32,000 bases of DNA from an uncultured Pelagibacteraceae bacterium (GTDB lineage: Bacteria; Pseudomonadota; Alphaproteobacteria; Pelagibacterales; Pelagibacteraceae): positions 12,426-44,425 of the forward strand of contig CACLKR010000008.1 in assembly GCA_902607625.1 (NCBI GenBank), written 5' to 3'. A model generated the notes under the pieces. The model had not been told where the DNA came from. It saw nothing but the letters and a program-made list of their open reading frames with translations, and made no database searches. Below are positions 15,662 to 23,815 of this stretch, in pieces. Position 1 is the first letter of the stretch. Every line of letters starts with the position of its first letter. A program made the position numbers and the translations under genes.

Positions 15662-16402
15662 TTAAATTTCTCCGCTAAGAGATTTGTTAGTTTTATTTTT
15701 ACTATTCTTTTTATCATAAAAATATTTTTCATACATTGATCCATATTTTAGGGGAGTATATGTGTAGTAAAGTGTTTTTCTATCAAAATTCGATTTATTT
15801 TTTTTTGAGCGGTGTGGACAGGTATTGCTAAATATAACAACATCACCAACGTCTAAATCTATTACCTTAAATTCTAATTTTTTTTCAACTTCAGGAAGTA
15901 AATCAGGTGTGCCGTTTTTTTTTGTCTTTGACAAAAGTTTATTAAAAGATTCTTTTTGAGCGTTAGAGATTTCAATTGTTCCATTCTCTGTATTGCAAGG
16001 GTCTAGAGCAATTAAAACATTAACAAAAAAATCACCGTATTCATACCAACCCTTCTTATCTTCATTATTTTCATTTTTGAATATATAAATTCCATCATAA
16101 TGAGCATAAAAACCCTCACCCTCAGGTGGTTTAGCATTAAATTTATCTTTAAAAATAGTAAACTCAAAATTGAAAAATTCCTTTAAAAGATTTAATATTT
16201 TTTTATTAGCAGCTTTTAAACCTTCGCCTTTGTCGTATAGTCTTTCTATTCTTTTTAAATTATCTTTTCTGTCATAGTAAATATCTACATTTTTTTTAAC
16301 AGAATTTATTTCATTAATTATTTTATTAATTAAAATTTTGTCAACGGCATTTTCCATTTTAAAAAAACCAAAATTTTCGTATTCTTTTTTTAAGTTTTCC
16401 AT
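15662..16402 (-). CDS. Phytanoyl-CoA dioxygenase (PhyH) family Fe(II)/2-oxoglutarate oxygenase
   Basis: ..FNAKPPEGEGFYAHYDG.. (HxD), ..ALDPCNTENGTIEIS.. and ..GDVVIFSNTCPHRSKKNKSNFDRKTLYYTY.. (distal His and Arg) follow the PhyH family pattern. Confidence 0.75.
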   Translation of the reverse strand: MENLKKEYENFGFFKMENAVDKILINKIINEINSVKKNVDIYYDRKDNLKRIERLYDKGEGLKAANKKILNLLKEFFNFEFTIFKDKFNAKPPEGEGFYAHYDGIYIFKNENNEDKKGWYEYGDFFVNVLIALDPCNTENGTIEISNAQKESFNKLLSKTKKNGTPDLLPEVEKKLEFKVIDLDVGDVVIFSNTCPHRSKKNKSNFDRKTLYYTYTPLKYGSMYEKYFYDKKNSKNKTNKSLSGEI

Positions 16403-16480
16403 AAATTTAATTAGATTTTAGTAATATAGTTTTTATGTCCTTTCAACAACTGTAAAAACACGCACTCCCTTGGCTGCGCA

Positions 16481-16513
16481 AAAAACTTTATATTTGATAT
16501 CTCTAATTTTACG
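16481..16513. repeat. Island repeat family, copy C (right half)
   Basis: AAAAACTTTATATTTGATATCTCTAATTTTACG. It lies in the 116-bp spacer between the aminotransferase and the PhyH gene. Confidence 0.85.
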
Positions 16514-16518
16514 TAAAC

Positions 16519-17580
16519 TTATATAGTCAAACTGAGAGAATTTTTTAGTTCACTCACAACCTTATCTGAAACAGACTCCTCCAAATTAAACCAGATAGGC
16601 AAACACAAATGTTTTAATGGAATTTCTTTACTCGCTCCAAGAGCATATTCATAAACTTTTGAGGTGGTAGTTTTAACTTTGGGCAATAATTCTGAAATAT
16701 TTTTTCTAGGAGAAATAATAGTAAATTTATAATAATTTCCACTAATTAAATCATTTTTTTGAGATATATATTTAATATCAAGGCTTTTACAAATTTCTAA
16801 ATATTTTTTAGCTATTTCAAATTTATTTTTTATTATTTCTGCATATTCTTTTATGACAGAATAAATCATTAAGGCCTGTAATTCGGCAAGTCTTATATTG
16901 CAACCAATGTTCATTTTTCGTTTGAAACGATCATAGGCGATAAAATCTCTCATTAAATCTCCGATATTGTTGTCATTCGTTACCACCACACCACCTTCGC
17001 CCGCAAAAATTGCTTTGGTTGAATAATAAGAATATACTCCAGCATTTCCAAAAGTCCCTGAAAATTTTTTATTTAGTGTCGAGCCAAAACTGTGTGCGCT
17101 ATCCTCGATCAAAATAATATTTTTCTCCTTGCAAAATTTTACGATTTTTTCAATATCTGGATTAATTATTCCTCCAATATCACTTAGGATGATGACCAAT
17201 TTCTCTGTTTCTTTATTATAACTATTAACAGCTTTCTTTAAATCTTCAAAACTCGGCATCAACGTCTCAAGCCTACAATCAATAACATTTGTAAGATTAT
17301 AACCTGCCGTTTTTGTCATTGTTTTTACTCCATACATAGTATTCGATTGAATCATGACATCAGTTCTTCCATAATATTCTTTATAAATTAGCAAAAGAGC
17401 AACTATGCCGCTGCCATTTGAATTAACACCAATTGCATTTTTTACATTAGTAATAATTTTTATTTTTTTTGAAAGTTCTTCGTTCCAAGGTCCTTCAGCA
17501 AGTTTACCTGTCTTAAAGATTTCATCTTGATTGTTTTTAAAAAATTCAATCGAGTTTTTTGGAAGTTTAATTGTGCTCAT
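16519..17580 (-). CDS. DegT/DnrJ/EryC1/StrS-family PLP-dependent aminotransferase
   Basis: ..IEDSAHSFGS.. and ..YSYYSTKAIFAGEGGVVVTND.. (PLP lysine context). 353 aa. Confidence 0.8.
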   Translation of the reverse strand: MSTIKLPKNSIEFFKNNQDEIFKTGKLAEGPWNEELSKKIKIITNVKNAIGVNSNGSGIVALLLIYKEYYGRTDVMIQSNTMYGVKTMTKTAGYNLTNVIDCRLETLMPSFEDLKKAVNSYNKETEKLVIILSDIGGIINPDIEKIVKFCKEKNIILIEDSAHSFGSTLNKKFSGTFGNAGVYSYYSTKAIFAGEGGVVVTNDNNIGDLMRDFIAYDRFKRKMNIGCNIRLAELQALMIYSVIKEYAEIIKNKFEIAKKYLEICKSLDIKYISQKNDLISGNYYKFTIISPRKNISELLPKVKTTTSKVYEYALGASKEIPLKHLCLPIWFNLEESVSDKVVSELKNSLSLTI

Positions 17581-17591
17581 TTTATTATAAT

Positions 17592-18836
17592 TTAATTTTG
17601 TAACTCACCCCAAATTGTCTTTTCAATCAGATCTGAAAATTTACCATCTTCTGAAAATGTACGAAAAACTTTTCTTGGGTTTTTCTTGTATACTATCCTA
17701 TAAAATTCGGGAGCCAAACTAAAAGCCAAAGAAAATTTCCCGGGAATAACTGACCAAACATTTTTATATTTAGAAACTGAATTGATATGAAATAAATAAT
17801 TCCTGTTCTCATTATTTAAGGATACTTCATTTTTTATACCCACATATTTTTTCACTACTTTAATTTCAGGATTTTGTTTTTTATGCTCACCAATCATAAA
17901 ATCAAAATATTTTTCTACTTCATCTTCTTGATTTAAACTTATGCCACCTATTAATCCATATGATTTACTTTTTGTTATAATATTTATGCATTTTTTTTTA
18001 AAACAGTCTAACTCTACGAAAGAATCTGAGTTTGGTTTTATATTTCTAACTACAGCGATTGGAGCAAAACTTTTTTTAATCTTAAAATCACTAAATTTTT
18101 CTATGCCTGCCCCTAAGCAAACCGCCATATTTTTAGCTTGAAATGTACCATTATTACAATTGGCTACTACATTCTCGTTTAAGTTTCTAATTTCAATAAG
18201 TTCATTATTTGTAAAAATCTCTAAACCATTATTTGCAGCAGTAGTTACCATATCACTTAGTAAATATCTTGAGTTGGTAGTAAAATCTGTTGTTTTGATT
18301 TTTAAAAATTTTTTATTACTTAAAATTATATTAATTAAATTTTTAATAATAGGAATATTGTATTTTGCAGTTAAGCTTTCCAAAATTCCAGCCCGACGAC
18401 GTAACCAATCGTGTCGACGAATTCTGTCAATTAAAGTAATTGATCTCGATACAGCATAAATCCATGGAATTATAAATTTTCTATTTTTTAACCTATATTT
18501 AAAATTCATATAATTCTCATTAAACCAACCTTTTTCGGTTTCTATAATTTTTAAACCATTTTCCGATGGCTTTAAATTCATTTTAGGAAAAGAAGAATAG
18601 AATTCTAAAAGATCATCCAATGAGCCTAAAACATATTTAAGTGTTTCCATTTTATCTTTTAGCAAAGTATATAAAGATCCTGTGTGAAACCACTCATGAA
18701 ATTCTCTTGTAGTTTCTGATGCTAACTTATTATTTTTTTCAATTAAGGCTACCGAATGCCCTTCTCTTGTTAAAATTTCACATAAAGATATACCAGCTAT
18801 ACCTCCACCGACAATAATCCAATCATAGGTTTTCAT
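17592..18836 (-). CDS. FAD-dependent oxidoreductase
   Basis: The N-terminal YDWIIVGGGIAGISLCEILTREGHSVALIEK is a Rossmann GxGxxG dinucleotide fold. 414 aa. Confidence 0.75.
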   Translation of the reverse strand: MKTYDWIIVGGGIAGISLCEILTREGHSVALIEKNNKLASETTREFHEWFHTGSLYTLLKDKMETLKYVLGSLDDLLEFYSSFPKMNLKPSENGLKIIETEKGWFNENYMNFKYRLKNRKFIIPWIYAVSRSITLIDRIRRHDWLRRRAGILESLTAKYNIPIIKNLINIILSNKKFLKIKTTDFTTNSRYLLSDMVTTAANNGLEIFTNNELIEIRNLNENVVANCNNGTFQAKNMAVCLGAGIEKFSDFKIKKSFAPIAVVRNIKPNSDSFVELDCFKKKCINIITKSKSYGLIGGISLNQEDEVEKYFDFMIGEHKKQNPEIKVVKKYVGIKNEVSLNNENRNYLFHINSVSKYKNVWSVIPGKFSLAFSLAPEFYRIVYKKNPRKVFRTFSEDGKFSDLIEKTIWGELQN

Positions 18837-19810
18837 TAATAAAAAAATTTATCTTTTAGTTTTTGTACTTCAGAATTTACAGAAAAGTTTAATTTTCCTG
18901 AGATAGCTTGTAATAGCTTAATGTGGCCAAAAATTAGCATTAGGCTAACAAATTCCTTTTCTCTAGACATAATTATTTTTTTTCCAGATTCTGTCAAATA
19001 GTTTGGAATAAATATCATGTCCATTTCTGCGGGAGATCGAGTCAAATGTCCTCCTATTTCTATCCATTCACAGGTCATATAATTTATTTTGTATAAGTGA
19101 TTTACTAATTCGCTCCAGTTGGGAATATTTTCATACATTGGAACAATCTGAACTTCTATTTTCATTAACAAAGGAAGATATTCTCCTAAACCTTTTAAAA
19201 TTTCAAGTTCCGATCCTTGCGTATCAATCTTTAAAAAATCCAAATGTTTTATATTCAGTTTATTTAAACTTTCTTTAACCGTTGTACACTCAATATCAAT
19301 TTCTTCTGAAACATCAAATAATGAAAAATTCTTTTTTTTATAATTGTATAAATCAAAGCCATCTTTGTTAGGTTTGTATACTGATGAACTGCCTGAGCGT
19401 TTACCTAAAACGTATAATTTTTTTTTACAATTTGTACTCCAAAGTCCCTTAGAAATAACTTTATAATTTTGTTTCCCTAATTTTTCTGCTTCACTCACAA
19501 TAGGTTCAACCATTATAGGTGCAAAAAATTTGTTATATTTTTCAGAAAATATACTAGCATTAAAGAAACCGCCCTGAGCCCCAACATCAAGTGCTACTAA
19601 TTTATTTTCTCCTAAAAATTTTGAAATAAAATTCCTATGATCGTCAATTTTGTGAGATTCAGATCGGAGCTTATTTAATTGATTTATTATCCTTGAATGA
19701 AATCTTGTTGCTATAAGAATTCTTGAGATAAATGGAATACATAAATAAATTATTTTAGATAATAATCTATAAAAAAACCTTATAATTTTTGATAATACAA
19801 GTTTAACCAT
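18836..19810 (-). CDS. FkbM-family SAM-dependent methyltransferase
   Basis: ..ALDVGAQGGF.. (motif I) and ..FLKIDTQGSELEILKG.. (FkbM signature). 324 aa. Confidence 0.75.
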   Translation of the reverse strand: MVKLVLSKIIRFFYRLLSKIIYLCIPFISRILIATRFHSRIINQLNKLRSESHKIDDHRNFISKFLGENKLVALDVGAQGGFFNASIFSEKYNKFFAPIMVEPIVSEAEKLGKQNYKVISKGLWSTNCKKKLYVLGKRSGSSSVYKPNKDGFDLYNYKKKNFSLFDVSEEIDIECTTVKESLNKLNIKHLDFLKIDTQGSELEILKGLGEYLPLLMKIEVQIVPMYENIPNWSELVNHLYKINYMTCEWIEIGGHLTRSPAEMDMIFIPNYLTESGKKIIMSREKEFVSLMLIFGHIKLLQAISGKLNFSVNSEVQKLKDKFFY

Positions 19811-19849
19811 TTCTGATCGAAACTATTTCATCAAAATTAATTGATCAAC

Positions 19850-20545
19850 TTATTTTTTAGTAAATGTCGTTAAGCCCAATTTTTTACCATTAATTCTTGA
19901 AGAGGAGCAATGAATATAACTTCTGTCCACAATAAGTGTTTCTCCGACTTTCCAATTATATATAAACTCCACTTCGAGTCCTTTTAGATTATTAATATCT
20001 ATATGTGTTAAATATTTTTTGTGAAATTCTTTATCAAATTCTTTGCTACCTAGGTGTGCGCATGATCTGTCATTTTGACCTTGCTTTGGTTTATAATTTA
20101 ATTCATCTTTATCAATAGTGAATGTTGTCGATTTTCCATACCATTTTTTTTTAAAAAAAATTGTATCACCTGGACCTATTAAAGGTGTAACTACCTGCTT
20201 ATAAATTATTGTTTCTTCATCAAATCCTGAGTCCACGTGCATTGGAAGAGGTGAAAAGCTTTCATGAAAGAGTCCATAATAATCTTCTCCCTTATCTGAT
20301 TTTAAAGAGTCCATTTTATAATCTCCTAATGCTTCTTTTAATCTATTAAAATATATTTTATCTAATTCTTTATTAAAATTTTGTTGCCAAGGTTTTTTTC
20401 TAACATTTTGTTTTTTGTTAAATGTAATTTCTGGTAAAATATTATAAAGTTCTTGAATCATTTTAATCTCTTTTTCAGAAAAAATATTAATTTTTTTTGG
20501 TGCATTTTCTAAACTTTTAATTTTATCTAAATGTACATGTCTCAT
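19850..20545 (-). CDS. Hypothetical protein, possibly a non-haem Fe(II) oxygenase (HxD..H)
   Basis: PMHVDSG (HxD) and, about 110 aa later, RSYIHCSSSR (distal His, Arg) suggest a double-stranded beta-helix oxygenase. No family is recognised. Confidence 0.35.
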   Translation of the reverse strand: MRHVHLDKIKSLENAPKKINIFSEKEIKMIQELYNILPEITFNKKQNVRKKPWQQNFNKELDKIYFNRLKEALGDYKMDSLKSDKGEDYYGLFHESFSPLPMHVDSGFDEETIIYKQVVTPLIGPGDTIFFKKKWYGKSTTFTIDKDELNYKPKQGQNDRSCAHLGSKEFDKEFHKKYLTHIDINNLKGLEVEFIYNWKVGETLIVDRSYIHCSSSRINGKKLGLTTFTKK

Positions 20546-20548
20546 ATT

Positions 20549-21274
20549 CTATTGTTTAAAAAAAAATTTTTTAATAAAAAAACCTGAAAGCAAAAGAACA
20601 AAAAAACCAATTATAGGAAGATAAATTTCTGGCGATTGAATAACTGGTAAAACACTGAGCTCAGCATTTTGATCAATTATCTTTTCAATACCACTGCCAA
20701 GGGCTACTACTACAAACGTTGTAGGAAGTGTTCCCACAAGAGTGGCAATAATATAATTTTTAGATGACATGTTAAAAAGAACAGGCAAAATGTTCTGTAT
20801 AGGAAAAGGAGTTCCTCCTCCTCCAATAAACCTAAAGGTCATAAAATATATTAACTCATTTTTATTAAAAAAATCTATAAATTTAGAAAATCTTGTTTTA
20901 AATTTTGATTCGATCAAATCGCTAAAAAATGTTTGTGCTAAACGATATAACAGAAATCCACCAATTGTATTCCCAAAAATTAGTATTAATGTTCCCAACC
21001 ATTTACCAAAAATAAAGCCAATTATTAAAGTAGGTAAAAACATAGGAGTTAATAACACATTCAAAAAAATAGTAATGATAAAAAAAATAATTGTCAGAAA
21101 GAAAATATTATTATCTTTGTATGTTAGGATTACTTCTCTATTTTCTTTAATTAAATCATAGCTAGTTAAATCTTTTAGATCAAAAGTTGACCAAAAAAAA
21201 TAAATAGCTACCCCAAGAATAGTTACATATGCGATCCCTAGGTAAATTTTAAAATTAGATGATTTCAAGTTCAT
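20549..21274 (-). CDS. TVP38/TMEM64 (DedA/SNARE-associated) family membrane protein
   Basis: Multiple hydrophobic spans and a ..GFIFGKWLGTLILIFGNTIGGFLLYRLAQ.. VTT-domain-like motif. 241 aa. Confidence 0.6.
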   Translation of the reverse strand: MNLKSSNFKIYLGIAYVTILGVAIYFFWSTFDLKDLTSYDLIKENREVILTYKDNNIFFLTIIFFIITIFLNVLLTPMFLPTLIIGFIFGKWLGTLILIFGNTIGGFLLYRLAQTFFSDLIESKFKTRFSKFIDFFNKNELIYFMTFRFIGGGGTPFPIQNILPVLFNMSSKNYIIATLVGTLPTTFVVVALGSGIEKIIDQNAELSVLPVIQSPEIYLPIIGFFVLLLSGFFIKKFFFKQ

Positions 21275-21353
21275 AGTTTAATTTTTAACTGTACTTATAT
21301 GTTCTTATTACCTATAAATAGCAAAAAATTTTAACAAGAAGCAAACAAATTTT

Positions 21354-21488
21354 ATGAAAAGAACATATCAACCAAGCCGAATTGTGCGAAAAAGAAGACA
21401 TGGATTTAGATCCAGAATGAAAAAAAAAGGCGGCCGGAAAACACTTGCAAGAAGAAGAGCTAAAGGTAGAAAAAAATTATCTACTTAA
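21354..21488 (+). CDS. rpmH: 50S ribosomal protein L34 (below the 60 aa cut-off of the ORF track)
   Basis: Hand translation gives [44 protein letters not shown]. It is immediately upstream of rnpA. Confidence 0.93.
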   Translation: MKRTYQPSRIVRKRRHGFRSRMKKKGGRKTLARRRAKGRKKLST

Positions 21489-21502
21489 TTTATGTTCTAA
21501 AA

Positions 21503-21874
21503 ATGATCAAATTCAAAAGCCTAAACCGTAGCAAAGATTTTCTAAAAATTTTAAAAAAAAAAAGAATAAATACAAAATATTTTACTATTTATTTCGATAA
21601 AAATTCTAGAAATTTTAAAAAAGATTTTAATAAATATTTAAACATAAGTTTTGTAATGAAAAAAAATATTGGAAACGCTGTAACGCGAAATAAGGTAAAA
21701 CGAAAATTAAAGTATGCGGTTCAAAAAATTTCAAAAGAAAAGCGGTTAATTGACCTAAACTACACTTATGTAATTTTTGGAAAAAATAATGTATACAAAG
21801 ATAAATTTATAAATGTTCTTGGAGAAGTAAATGAAACTTTTAAAAAAATAAAGCTAATAACAAACTGCTCATGA
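21503..21874 (+). CDS. rnpA: Ribonuclease P protein component
   Basis: Small basic protein with ..[14 protein letters not shown].. (RNR motif). It occupies the conserved rpmH-rnpA-yidD-yidC position. Confidence 0.85.
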   Translation: MIKFKSLNRSKDFLKILKKKRINTKYFTIYFDKNSRNFKKDFNKYLNISFVMKKNIGNAVTRNKVKRKLKYAVQKISKEKRLIDLNYTYVIFGKNNVYKDKFINVLGEVNETFKKIKLITNCS

Positions 21875-22122
21875 AATTAATAAATAATTCGTTAATCCTA
21901 ATAATAAAATTTTATAAATATTTTATTTCACCTTACTTCCCATCAAATTGCAGATATCTTCCTACTTGTTCTGAATACTTTATAGACTCATTAAAATTTA
22001 ATGGAATTTTTAAGGGTTCTTTTTTAGGAATAAAAAGAATTTTAAGATGTCATCCAATCAAAATTTTAGGCGGAAATAGTGGATATGATCCTGTGCCTAA
22101 TTTAAAAAAAGGAAAAAAATAA
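21871..22122 (+). CDS. yidD: Membrane protein insertion efficiency factor YidD
   Basis: ..[22 protein letters not shown].. signature. 83 aa. ATGA overlap with rnpA. Confidence 0.9.
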   Translation: MKLINNSLILIIKFYKYFISPYFPSNCRYLPTCSEYFIDSLKFNGIFKGSFLGIKRILRCHPIKILGGNSGYDPVPNLKKGKK

Positions 22123-23808
22123 ATGGATTTTAAAAATGTATTATTGGCCATTGTACTTTCCACAATAGTTTTGGTTGGTTGGGGAACTTTTTTTGAGGCT
22201 CCCATCGTGGAACAACAAACCGCTGAAAATGAAATAATGAAAGATGAAGATCTTTCTTCTCCTTCTATTGATGAAGGTGAAAAAGAAATCAAAAATGAAA
22301 TTACGAGAAATGATGTAATTAATAAAACAAATCGAGTCAAAATAGAAAATGAGAATATTAAAGGATCTATATCGCTCCAAGGTGCTATTATAGATGATAT
22401 TACATTTAAAAATTATAAAGAAACCCTTAACGGTGAAAATAATGTAACTTTTTTAAATCCAAAAAATTCTTCCGAAGAATATTTTATTGAGACAGGTTGG
22501 GCGTCAGGTGGAAATGAAAAGGTAAAATTACCCTTGGGTGATACAATTTGGAAGGTTAAAGGAAATAGTACGCTGACCCCGAACAATCCAGTAACAATTG
22601 AATGGGACAATGGTGATGGTTTAATTTTTACGAAAAAAATTGATTTAGATGAAAAATTTTTATTTAAAATTACACAAGGTATAAAAAATAATTCTAATAA
22701 ATCCTTTCAATTCTATCCTTACGCACAAATTACTCGAGGTGGTAAACCCGAAGGAATGCAAATATACATTTTGCACGAAGGTTTTCTTGGAGTCTTTGGA
22801 GACGAATTGAAAGAAGAAGATTATGACGATATTGAAAAAGAAAAATTTACTATTAATAGCTCAAAAGGTTGGCTAGGTATTACCGATAAATATTGGCTAA
22901 CTGCAATAGTTCCAGAAAAAGGGAAAGAATTTAAAGCTGAATTTGTAGCAAACAAAGAAAAGTACAGAGCTAATTATATAATAAAAGAAGCTAAAATACT
23001 TAATCCCGGAAACTCTACTACAAATGAAATAAATGCTTTTGTTGCAGCAAAAGAGGTTGCAGTTATTGATGGTTACGCTGAGCAATTGGGTATAGAAAAA
23101 TTTGACTTAGCAATAGATTGGGGTTGGTTTTATTTCTTTACTAAGCCATTATTTTTTATTATTGATTATTTTTTTAAACTCACTGGAAATTTTGGTTTTG
23201 CAATTGTCATCATTACTGCATTGGTCAGGTTAATATTCTTTCCGCTGGCCAATTATTCTTTCAAATCAATGGCAAAAATGAAAATACTTCAGCCTGAAAT
23301 GCTTAGATTAAAAGAATTACATAAAGGTGATAAAGTTAAATTGCAACAAGAAATGATGGCTTTATACAAAAGAGAAAAAGTTAATCCTATTTCTGGTTGC
23401 TTACCGGTGCTAATTCAAATTCCATTTTTCTTTGCAATTTATAAAATGTTGTATGTTACCCTTGAAATGAGACATCAACCTTTCTTTGGTTGGATAAAAG
23501 ATTTATCTGAAAGGGACCCAACATCTATTTTTAATTTATTTGGATTAATTCCCTGGGATCCACCAACTTTTTTAATGATAGGAGCCTGGCCAATATTGAT
23601 GGGTTTAAGCATGTGGGTACAGCAAAAATTAAATCCTACTCCGCCTGATCCTATACAAGCAAAAATTTTTATGTTTTTCCCTCTTTTTTTAACAATAATA
23701 TTGGCTCCATTTCCATCAGGATTGGTTGTGTATTGGACTGTAAACAACATATTAACTATTGCGCAGCAATGGGTAATTATGAGAGGAACGAAAGTAAAAA
23801 CGGTCTAG
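22123..23808 (+). CDS. yidC: Membrane protein insertase YidC
   Basis: It has an N-terminal TM segment, a periplasmic domain and a C-terminal 60 kDa-IMP core (..PLANYSFKSMAKMKILQPEM.., ..NPISGCLPVLIQIPFFFA.., ..GLVVYWTVNN..). Confidence 0.93.
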   Translation: MDFKNVLLAIVLSTIVLVGWGTFFEAPIVEQQTAENEIMKDEDLSSPSIDEGEKEIKNEITRNDVINKTNRVKIENENIKGSISLQGAIIDDITFKNYKETLNGENNVTFLNPKNSSEEYFIETGWASGGNEKVKLPLGDTIWKVKGNSTLTPNNPVTIEWDNGDGLIFTKKIDLDEKFLFKITQGIKNNSNKSFQFYPYAQITRGGKPEGMQIYILHEGFLGVFGDELKEEDYDDIEKEKFTINSSKGWLGITDKYWLTAIVPEKGKEFKAEFVANKEKYRANYIIKEAKILNPGNSTTNEINAFVAAKEVAVIDGYAEQLGIEKFDLAIDWGWFYFFTKPLFFIIDYFFKLTGNFGFAIVIITALVRLIFFPLANYSFKSMAKMKILQPEMLRLKELHKGDKVKLQQEMMALYKREKVNPISGCLPVLIQIPFFFAIYKMLYVTLEMRHQPFFGWIKDLSERDPTSIFNLFGLIPWDPPTFLMIGAWPILMGLSMWVQQKLNPTPPDPIQAKIFMFFPLFLTIILAPFPSGLVVYWTVNNILTIAQQWVIMRGTKVKTV

Positions 23809-23815
23809 ATAATTA

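Noticed and set aside
9751-21300. I searched the six-frame track for a full-length methylphosphonate synthase (MpnS) or HEP dioxygenase (HEPD).
   Set aside because: No ORF of bicupin size (about 440-460 aa) with two cupin modules is present. The only oxygenase candidates are 246 aa (PhyH-type) and 231 aa. The island therefore cannot be called a methylphosphonate cluster from this window.
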